From contig OZ240241.1 in the NCBI GenBank assembly GCA_965198115.1, positions 3,296,001 through 3,360,000 of the forward strand: DNA of 64,000 nucleotides. Direction: 5' to 3'. The notes below the pieces were generated by a model. It was given only the letters and a program-made list of their open reading frames with translations, had not been told where the DNA came from and did not search any database. The DNA comes from Candidatus Latescibacterota bacterium. Lineage in GTDB: Bacteria > Latescibacterota > UBA2968. The position numbers and the translations under genes are program-made. Shown piece by piece: positions 55,897-64,000 of the stretch; position 1 is the first letter of the stretch; every line of letters starts with the position of its first letter.

Positions 55897-56652
55897 ATGC
55901 CGTTCTACGAGAGAGGCGATGTTCGGATCCGCTACGAGGAAGTCGGCTCCGGCTTTCCCCTGCTGGTCATCCCCGGCGGCGGGCTGGACTCCACGGTCGC
56001 GGGACTTGCGAGCCACCCCTTCAACCCAATGGAGGACTTCAAGGACGCGTATCGCGTGATCTCGGCCGACCTGCGCAACGCCAACGACGGCGAATCGTCC
56101 GGCTCCCTCGAGGTCGACCGCCCCTGGGACGCCTACACGGACGACCATCTCGGACTTATGGATCACCTGGGCATCTCCGAGTTCGTTGTACTGGGCTTCT
56201 GCATCGGCGCCCCCTTCATCTGGAACATGCTGCGACGCGCGTCCGACCGTATCATCGCGGCCGTGCTGGCTCAGCCCAGCGGCTTCCGGCCGGAGATGCC
56301 CACGCTCTTCTATGACAGGAACATCGAGGGCTGGGGACAGACGCTCTGCGCCCGCAGACCCGACGTGACCCCGGCCACGGTCGACGCCTTCCTCGATCGG
56401 ATGTATCGCGCGAACGCCGACTTCGTCTTCACGGTCACGCGCGACTTCGTTCGCGAATGCACCACACCCATTCTGGTCCTGCCCGACGACGTCCCCACGC
56501 ACCCCTACGCCGTCGCGATGGAAACAGTGGACCTCGCACCGAACGCCGAAGCCAGCATCTATCCGTGGAAGGACACCCAGGATCACATCGACGAGACGGT
56601 GCGCCACGCGCGCGACTTTCTTCAGACGCACTGCTCCGTGACCGTTCTATAG
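55897..56652 (+). CDS. Alpha/beta hydrolase with Cys at the nucleophile elbow
   Basis: YEEVGSGFPLL, DLRNA, GFCIG (GxCxG), DDVPTHP. Confidence 0.85.
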   Translation: MPFYERGDVRIRYEEVGSGFPLLVIPGGGLDSTVAGLASHPFNPMEDFKDAYRVISADLRNANDGESSGSLEVDRPWDAYTDDHLGLMDHLGISEFVVLGFCIGAPFIWNMLRRASDRIIAAVLAQPSGFRPEMPTLFYDRNIEGWGQTLCARRPDVTPATVDAFLDRMYRANADFVFTVTRDFVRECTTPILVLPDDVPTHPYAVAMETVDLAPNAEASIYPWKDTQDHIDETVRHARDFLQTHCSVTVL

Positions 56653-56691
56653 CCTTATCGCCCATTCCCTCGATCCTCACTGCACATAGAA

Positions 56692-56720
56692 AACGCCCGT
56701 GTCACGACGACACGGGCGTT
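56692..56720. terminator. Hairpin between convergent genes
   Basis: AACGCCCGTGTC-5 nt-GACACGGGCGTT. Confidence 0.65.
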
Positions 56721-56956
56721 ATTGTTTCCGTTCTGCATAGGCCGCTATGGCCTGCTATACGCCGCAAAACGAATGCAGTGCTTCTTCTATAGTTCGAGCA
56801 CCTCGGCTTCGCTCAGTACAGGCTCCGTCGAAAACTCGCCCGCTGTGTAGAGCGCAGAGGGACTTCTCGACTCCGCTCGAAGTGACCCTGTCTTTGGTCA
56901 TTCTACGGCGTGATTTGTGTTACAGATCGCCCATCAGACGCTCACAGTCACGTCAT

Positions 56957-58213
56957 CTACGGCGTCTTCTCAATCACCTCACCGTTCGTCAGATGGACGA
57001 CGGCCTTCCATTCAGAATCATCGCTCCCAACCTCGACACCCCCATACCGCCAGTTGCTCTGGAAGTTGATCGGAAACGACTCGTCGTAGGATGTGTAGTA
57101 AAGCGTGTCGTCGCGGTAGAAATCGACGTAGCTGATCGTCTCGGGATACAGGCTGCCGAGGCGGATCCAGCGCTCTCCACCATAGGACAAGTTTGGCTCG
57201 AGGCCCTGGAGACAATACTGATCCGCTACAGGCAAATCGGGGACCTCGATCCCGAGGCCTTTTGCCATTCGATGCGCAAAGAACGTGTCCTCACCTTTCG
57301 TGACAGACCAATCCGCGGGTGGTTCCTGTTTTGTCATGTTGTTGTAGTAGCCCCACGACGTTCGCGTCTTGAACGCGACCTCCAGCTGGCCAATCGCCTG
57401 AGAATCCTCGTTACACACGATCGGCTTGTTCTGATTCCAGCTCTTGACCTCCTGAATCATGTTGTAGTAGCGCTGACGCGACTGGCTATTCCCGTGGATC
57501 AGGATGATGTCACTCGCCTCTGCGACTTCGCGGTTTCGATACCCGCCGCCTCCGCTGCATCCGACGGCCATTCCCCCCGACGCACTCCTCGCAAGGTCGA
57601 TCAGGGACGCCATCCCTTCGGGTTGCTGGATAATTGGGTGGTCGGAGAAAGAGCCGATGTTCATTTCGTTGGCCACTTCGATCAGAACGTTCCTGTATCC
57701 GCCGTCCTTCAGGAACTCGGAGGCCGTGGTGACCGCGTTCCGAACCGCACGTCCATCTCGGAGTCGGCGGGCCTGAGATCCGTAGAAGTAACTGACGATG
57801 ACGACCATCCCCAGCGCGTCAGCCCCCCGTATGAGTGTGTCCATCCGCTCGGCATACACAGGATCGAGAGACGTCCCGTCTTCGCCGAATGGATTGTTAT
57901 GAATCGTGTGGTTGTCGACCGTGAAGCAAGGCCCCCCACCCTGGAATCCCGTCGTGAAGGCGCGCAGACCATAGCCATACCACTCGGGGAGTGCATCGAT
58001 CAGGGCCTGCGTGTTCGCAGCAGGATCCCATTGGCCGTGGCCCCACCGGGCGAACCGCTCAGGCGCTTCCTTGTCATCGAAGACCCCCTGGATGAAACGG
58101 GCGTTCATCAGGAGACCGTGCACGTCGAGTGTGCTGGATGCGATGGCCGAGTAGGTCAGCTTGCCGTTGATCAGGAAGGATTCATTTTCGATGGAGACGG
58201 TGGTCTTGCTCAT
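56957..58213 (-). CDS. Clan GH-A-like TIM-barrel glycoside hydrolase
   Basis: FLINGK start, LIEVANE (acid/base), IHGN, PIVCNED (nucleophile). Confidence 0.65.
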   Translation of the reverse strand: MSKTTVSIENESFLINGKLTYSAIASSTLDVHGLLMNARFIQGVFDDKEAPERFARWGHGQWDPAANTQALIDALPEWYGYGLRAFTTGFQGGGPCFTVDNHTIHNNPFGEDGTSLDPVYAERMDTLIRGADALGMVVIVSYFYGSQARRLRDGRAVRNAVTTASEFLKDGGYRNVLIEVANEMNIGSFSDHPIIQQPEGMASLIDLARSASGGMAVGCSGGGGYRNREVAEASDIILIHGNSQSRQRYYNMIQEVKSWNQNKPIVCNEDSQAIGQLEVAFKTRTSWGYYNNMTKQEPPADWSVTKGEDTFFAHRMAKGLGIEVPDLPVADQYCLQGLEPNLSYGGERWIRLGSLYPETISYVDFYRDDTLYYTSYDESFPINFQSNWRYGGVEVGSDDSEWKAVVHLTNGEVIEKTP

Positions 58214-58301
58214 GGAGTCCTTTCAACATCTGGCGTGATGGCCCATCATTCGGGTGGCAATATATTCGTCTGAGTCAGACTTTGCACAGCCAGGAAACGC
58301 A

Positions 58302-60573
58302 ATGACCAGAACGACCCTCATCATGTCCATCTGGATTGCTCTCCACGTTGCGGGGGTCTTCCTGATTCCCCACGCCGTGGCCGGAGACTCTCCGGTCGAG
58401 TTCCTCGCCAGAAACTGGGGCTTCCATTTCCTCGCCTACTACCCGGCCCCGGCTGCAGTCATCGCATACACGTTAGCGATCGCCACGCTGCTGCCCCCCG
58501 TTCACAACCGTCTTCTGTCGGGGCTTTCACGCCTCGTGCATCACACCCAACAGTATTCGATCCGAGCCGTTTTTGGCGTCGCGAGTTTCGTTACCCTGCC
58601 CGTGTTCTGGCAGTTTCGCCAGAAGTACGCCATCCTCGGTGACGGCTACGTTCGCGCCAGAGAACTGGAACGGGGCCACGTCCACCATCCCGGGGGGCCC
58701 TTCAACTGGGTGCTCGTTCAAGTCTGCTCGGCTTCCCCTCTGGACGGCGTCGAAACCTACCAGGTCGCCAGCGCCCTGCTCGGGATTCCGTTCGTTCTCC
58801 TGTCATTGCTCGTAGCCAGGGAGATCGGACGAAACGCTGTCAGCAGAGCCTTGTGCGGTCTGGCGATCCTGACATCCGGACTGGTCCAGTTCTACTTCGG
58901 CTACATGGAGACCTACTCGGCGGTTCCGGTTCTGATCCTGCTCTTCGTGTGGCTCGTCCTGAAGTCGGACACCGCCCGTTGGGCCGTCGTCCCATCTGCG
59001 CTCGCCCTCGTGCTAGCCCTGATCATCCACCCGCTGACGGGTGTACTGATCCCGGCCGGTCTCTATCTGGTCTGGTACCACCTCGTGAGAGGCCGATCCC
59101 GAGTCCACGCGGCCGTCCTCCTGGGGATCGTCGGGCTCGGGCTGTGGGCCGCCACCATTGCCGGTCTGGTCAACCAGTCGATCCGAGGACTGCTGCCCAT
59201 CTTCCCGACGGAAGACCAGACTTACGCGCTCCTCACGCTGACCAATGCCTGGGAACGACTGAACGGCCTCATTCTGGCAGCCCCCCTCGTGATCCCTGTA
59301 GTCGCCACGGCGATCCTACTCAGCGCACGTGTGACCAGTTTGCGGCCGAGCACGGTTGTCATTCTCGTTTCGGCGGGAACGGGTGCACTCGGTTGCCTCG
59401 GTGGGAACTTTATCCTGGGCAGCCAGGACTGGGACCTGATGGCCGTCGCAAGTTTCCCCGTGCACCTGGCCGTCGCGCTTTACGTGACGCGTCTGCTCGA
59501 GTCCGTCGGCTCAGTCGCCCTCTCCCCGGTTTTCGCGGCTGGCTTGATCCACACGGCTCCGTGGATCCTGCTCAACCATTCAGATCTTTCGATATCACGC
59601 ATGGAGGGCACGCTCCGGGACGAACCCGCCACCTATTTCGAGACCCACGATCCCGTCGTTCGTGCCGCGATGTTCATCGGGGAACAAGGCGGAAAGGAGC
59701 GACGTCGCAATCCGGATGCTGGAAGAGGGAGCGGTAGAGTCCCCTGGCAACTTCGCCATCTGCTTCAACCTCGCCGTCTTCTACTATGAAGAGGAGCGCT
59801 ACCAGGATGCCACCAGGACGGCGCTCCAAGCGCTCGAGATCGTGCCCCACAGTGTCACGATGTATCGGATGCTGGAGGATGTCTACGAACGGACCCTTCA
59901 GGAAGAGGAAGCGAAGAGCGGTCTTCGCGAGCACACCGACGCGCTGATCGCGAAGGCGCACCAGGCATTCAGTCAGGGAGACACGGCGACGGCCACGATG
60001 ATGTGGGGCGGCGCATCGTTCATGGAGCCGGGGGAGCCCAATTTCCTCACCCGGAACGAACGAACATTGCCCCTCCTGATCGACGCTTACCACCTCGATC
60101 CAAACGCGATCAATCCCGTTCCGTGGACCCGAATGCCGGAACAGCTGCAAAGGCTCGGTGATCGGGTCCTGGGACAGTCGCACGCAAAAGCAGCCGAGCT
60201 GTGGCGTGCCGCACTATCTATGGGACGGCAACACGACGCGCTCTACGGGAATCTGGGCGTCGCGTTGTTCCTCGACGGACAGTACTCCGCAGCGGAGAGC
60301 GTCTGGAGAGACGGTCTCAAGGTTTTTCCCGGCGATGCGAGTCTGCTCTTCAAGCTTGCTCAGGTTCTGGAGAAGCTGAAGAGGTACGACGAGGCAGAGG
60401 CGTGCTACCGTGAGGTCATCGACAGAGGAGACGCGGATTCGGAATTCTATGCGGAGTTTCGCCTGCTCCTCGAGCGCCTTGGCAAAACCGAGGAGGCGCG
60501 GAAGATCCGCCAGGCGGGGTTGGAACGTTGGCCCGACGACGAGAGGCTGAAAAGCGAACAAAGCACGCGGTGA
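58302..60573 (+). CDS. Polytopic membrane protein (GT-C-like) fused to TPR domain; frameshift near 59700
   Basis: Many TM helices with LGDG, YFGYMETY, HPL, DWDL; second frame has TPRs (NLAVFYY, NLGVAL, KLAQVL). Confidence 0.7.
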
Positions 60574-60656
60574 GTGGAGAGACCCGCGCATCGACTCCAA
60601 CGTTGGATCACCTCCGCCTTCCACGCTCCCCGAACGAACATCCCACCAGCACCCCT

Positions 60657-61379
60657 GACCGACATCCAGAACTTCGCGCCTTCGTTCTGAGCCGTCCAAA
60701 GGCCTAAGAGCTCTTTGTTTCCTGATAGATTAACGCCCAACGCAAGGTAGACGGCCTTGTTCGTGACGCTTCCATCGTCTCGAATCTTGACGCGGATCGC
60801 GTCCAGATAGACGATCGGATAGATGGTGTCCAGAGGTCTGGACTGCCAGGCCTTGACCTCCTCGATGACATCATCAGTCACACTGGAGAGCAGCGAGGGA
60901 GAGACATCGACCCCGTAGAGCTCCTTCAGGTGCTCCTGAATCGCTCGAGTCGTCATCCCACGGGAATACAGCGAGATGATCGTGTCATCAAACCTGTCGA
61001 ACCGTCTCTGGCGCTTTCTGACGATCTGGGGCTCGAACTCACCATTGCGGTCCCGAGGCACTTCGATCGGGATCGCACCACGGTCGGTCTTCAGTGTCTT
61101 CGGAGTCTTGCCGTTGCGGGAGTTACCACTGTTCTTACCGTCAGAATCGTGCTTCTCGTAGCCCAGGTGGTCGGTTATCTCGCTTTCGAGCATCCGCTCC
61201 ACCAGCCCGGCAGTCAGTTGCTTCAGCAGACCTTTCTCGCCCAGTAGGTCATCGGGACCGTCACAGTTCTTGATCAGCTCATCGAGGAGACGATCGACTT
61301 CAGCATTCCTGGCCATAGAACCTCCTGTTTCTTCACTATAGGATTCTATCACCAGTTACACGGTTAATCTTACACACTC
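60657..61379 (-). mobile_element. Second IS256-family element, 3'-truncated (transposase from 61316)
   Basis: End GAGTGTGTAAGATTAACCGTGTAACTGG. HLGYEKH, NSRNG, VPRDRNGEFEP, VYLDA, EGAKFWMSV, then homology stops. Confidence 0.9.
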
Positions 61380-61436
61380 AGACCGACCCCCGCTTTCTCT
61401 GTGTTCTCCGTGTCCTCAGTGGCGCTTTCCTTTCCG

Positions 61437-62825
61437 TCAGATCACCTTAGTCTTCCACTCCCCCTTCCCAAACTTCCGCACCGTCAGAACCCCCTGCAAC
61501 GTCGCGTATACAACCAGCGCCGTCCAGATCCCGTTGATCCCGTATCCCAGCGTGAACGCCAGAACGTACGCCACCGGTAGCCGGACGAACCATTGGGAGA
61601 TGAGCGTGTAATACATTGGCGGCATCGTGTCGCCCGCGCCTCTCAGGCCTCCGCCGCTGGTCTCGGCGGCAGTCAGAAAAGGTTCTGCCAGGACCATTGC
61701 GAGCAGGTAGACCACCCCGATGTCGATCACATCGGTTGCGTCCGTAAACAGTCTCATAAAATGACGCGCGAACAGGAGGGAAGGGACGCCCAGGCACACA
61801 TTCGTGAGGACCGCGATCAGAAGGGTGGTCCAGCCGTTCCGTTCGGCGGCATCAGGATTTTTGGCGCCCAGGCTCTGCCCCACGAGCGCGGTCGCCACCG
61901 TGCCGTAGGCCAGACCGTTCCGGCGGAGGATGCGCTCCATCTGCGTGCCGATCGTGTAGGCGGCCACGGCGATTGTCGAAAGCACCGTCATTCCGATGAA
62001 CTTGAGATAGACCAGGCTCGACCCATTGCGGAAAATGCCCTGGATGCCGGAAGGCACACCAATCTTCAGGAGGCGGCGGGCAAGGGCCCAATCGAATCGG
62101 TAGGACGTCGAGGAGAGAAGTGTGAGATTGAATCGCCCGCTGTAAAGCAGACCGAACCCTACAAGCGTCGCGATCGTGCGACCGGTGAAGCTCCCGACAG
62201 CTGCGCCCATAACGCCCCACGCCGGAAACCCGAAGTGACCGAAGATGAGGACGTAGCTCGTCGAGATCTGAACGGTGCTTGCCAGGACGGCCAGATAGAA
62301 GGGTGTGCGTGTATCGCCCGCACCCTGCAAGCAGCTGGCGACCGCCCGGTTGAGGGTCATAAAAGGGATACCCAGAAAGAACACCTGCAGGTAGGGCGTC
62401 CCCTGGGCGATGACCTCGGGGTCGCTGATGATCGCAGGAAGCAGGAAAGGCGAAATGGCCAGGCTGATCAGCCCGAAGAGGACGCTGAACCCGAACAGTA
62501 GCGTGAACGCCTGCTTGGCGGTGGCGCTGGCCTGTTCCATCGATTCGGCCCCGATGGCCTGGGCGACCATCGTCAGCGCCCCTCTCGAAATCGACATCAT
62601 CAGCGTGAACAGCACGCTCGTGAACGCCTGGGCGATCCCCACGGCAGAGAGGGCGGCCGGTCCGAGCATCCCGACGAGGAAAAGCTGGATCATCCCCACA
62701 GCCGTCTCGGCGTGCCCACCGAACGCAACCGGGATCGTCATCGTGACGATCCGGTGTGTCAGCGAGAAGTCGATCCGTTTGGGCGGGTCGTTAGCGGGAT
62801 CAGGTTCTGGAGTGGAATCCGGTAT
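61437..62825 (-). CDS. MATE-family efflux transporter (start uncertain; ATG 62741)
   Basis: LGPAALSAVG, QAIGA, LQGAGDTRTPF, LKIGVP, LRGAGDT, GINGIW. Confidence 0.9.
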   Translation of the reverse strand: MPDSTPEPDPANDPPKRIDFSLTHRIVTMTIPVAFGGHAETAVGMIQLFLVGMLGPAALSAVGIAQAFTSVLFTLMMSISRGALTMVAQAIGAESMEQASATAKQAFTLLFGFSVLFGLISLAISPFLLPAIISDPEVIAQGTPYLQVFFLGIPFMTLNRAVASCLQGAGDTRTPFYLAVLASTVQISTSYVLIFGHFGFPAWGVMGAAVGSFTGRTIATLVGFGLLYSGRFNLTLLSSTSYRFDWALARRLLKIGVPSGIQGIFRNGSSLVYLKFIGMTVLSTIAVAAYTIGTQMERILRRNGLAYGTVATALVGQSLGAKNPDAAERNGWTTLLIAVLTNVCLGVPSLLFARHFMRLFTDATDVIDIGVVYLLAMVLAEPFLTAAETSGGGLRGAGDTMPPMYYTLISQWFVRLPVAYVLAFTLGYGINGIWTALVVYATLQGVLTVRKFGKGEWKTKVI

Positions 62826-62971
62826 GCGTCATCCTGTGCGATGGTGGGTTTGAAGTAACGCTGTTCGAGAGGTGAGGATCCGGACAGGCTCCTATTAGGA
62901 TGCGCCGAAGAGCACTGGATTCGGGATCGTCTTCCACCACTGCGGCGCGTGTGTGTCGATCTCAACTCCCA

Positions 62972-63021
62972 ACCAGGGGCTGACGCCCCTGGCTATGAAC
63001 AGCCCGCCCCTTCGGGGCTGG
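62972..63021. repeat. REP-like composite palindrome
   Basis: CCAGGGGCTGACGCCCCTGGCTA followed by CAGCCC..CCCTTCGGGGCTG. Confidence 0.55.
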
Positions 63022-63067
63022 AACCTGTCGATCCTTTGCTGCTCTCTGCGTTGAAGGCCTTTGACTT

Positions 63068-63928
63068 TCAGGCCAGGCTAAGCGCAGCGCGTTTCGGCAA
63101 CGCCGCCTGAAACGCCGCCACGCTCTCGAAATCATTCAAGGCGTGCCGCAAGTGCAGCGGCTCCGGCTGGCGATACACCGCGTGGATCGCGCGGCGAATC
63201 CGCTTCGTCTTCCGAATCGTCGCGCAGTGGTAGTTGAGCAGATTGAACATCACGGCCGATCCTGCCGGGGCGTGCACATCGACGCCTCCGATCCGTCGCG
63301 GGCGTTCACGCCCGAACGAATCCATCCATCGCGGTTTCTCCGGATGCACATAAGCCGTCTCGCCATCGGCGATCATCAAGGGGTTATCCCCCCAAGTGCT
63401 TTCTCCCCGCTTCTTGGGCCTATGGCGCTTCGTCTCCGCGCTTTCGGGAATGATGCTCGTGCAGTGGGTCGTCTCATCCACGTCGTCCAGGTAGTAGATC
63501 GTCTGGATCCCCGAAGCGAAGTAATCGTTCTGGTCAGCCCCCTCGCAGATGCCGCCGTATTCCCGGTGCCACAGGCGTGACAGCGCCAGCGGATCGTCAT
63601 CGATGTCCTCGGGCGCATCCGCGTCGCACGCTTCCCGTCGCATAAAGCTGAAGCTGCTGAATCGGACGCCCTTCCCCAGAATGGCTTCGATCAAGGGCCA
63701 CGTGTTGGGATGATAGATCACGCGGTCGAACACATCGATCCGGTGCAGGATAGACACTCCGTGCCCGATCGCGTCGTGTCCGGGCCGCTCACCCCATCTC
63801 CCAGTCCTTCGGATGGCAGTCTCGTCAGCATCCATCCCGTCGTTGATCGTCTTCACCTCTTCGGGTGAGAGAGCGCCCTCGATTACGACGTATCCGTTGT
63901 CAGCAAAATGTTTGAGTTGTTCGGTCAT
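63068..63928 (-). CDS. Phytanoyl-CoA dioxygenase (PhyH)-family Fe/2OG enzyme
   Basis: FADNGYVVIEGALS, WHRE, YYLDDV, IPES, AGSAVMFN...HC, RR. Confidence 0.85.
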   Translation of the reverse strand: MTEQLKHFADNGYVVIEGALSPEEVKTINDGMDADETAIRRTGRWGERPGHDAIGHGVSILHRIDVFDRVIYHPNTWPLIEAILGKGVRFSSFSFMRREACDADAPEDIDDDPLALSRLWHREYGGICEGADQNDYFASGIQTIYYLDDVDETTHCTSIIPESAETKRHRPKKRGESTWGDNPLMIADGETAYVHPEKPRWMDSFGRERPRRIGGVDVHAPAGSAVMFNLLNYHCATIRKTKRIRRAIHAVYRQPEPLHLRHALNDFESVAAFQAALPKRAALSLA

Positions 63929-64000
63929 AGGATATCCTTTTGAAACCAGGAACACGAAGGCGCGAAGACGCGAAAAAGATCAGAATACCATCTCCTGACG

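Larger units (their letters stand above)
54335..56886 (+). repeat. Dispersed REP-like repeat CT(T/C)CGACTCCGCTC..TGAC (copies 54335-54356, 55505-55531, 56861-56886)
   Basis: Direct comparison of three intergenic copies; degenerate relatives near 54495 and 56805. Confidence 0.65.

Overview
GC-rich bacterial chromosomal window, heavily disturbed by mobile DNA. The host is possibly a Latescibacterota/Gemmatimonadota-like lineage, inferred only from a CARDB protein with a dockerin-like tail and from the repeat families. 1-19.1 kb is a surface-glycan operon: two B12-binding radical SAM enzymes, GT2/GT4s, carbamoyltransferase, FkbM and class I methyltransferases, SqdB, a FemAB-like GNAT, flippase, sulfotransferase and epimerase, with three internal sigma54-type promoters. 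Next come nested IS256/ISL3, tRNA-Glu(CTC) overlapped by a 5'-truncated large serine recombinase, and a truncated ribokinase. A truncated CARDB protein and a truncated NTT/HEAT protein are joined by a 762-bp ORF-less TGT...ACA element with 45-bp terminal inverted repeats. Then follow a cNMP-binding protein, an orphan secretin, two-component genes, IS630, and nrdR-nrdJ with NrdR boxes. A 7.5-kb island is bounded by two copies of a P-loop kinase 3' half and holds a GGCT, IS1380::IS256, an ATP-grasp fragment, a tandem double-psi-barrel/2TM protein and ISL3. The window ends with hicBA, hydrolases, a GT-C/TPR protein, a truncated IS256, MATE and a PhyH dioxygenase. About a dozen single-base frameshifts look like long-read consensus errors, so pseudogene calls resting on them are provisional. 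No CRISPR array or rRNA was seen. All family assignments come from motif recognition by eye; no searches were run.
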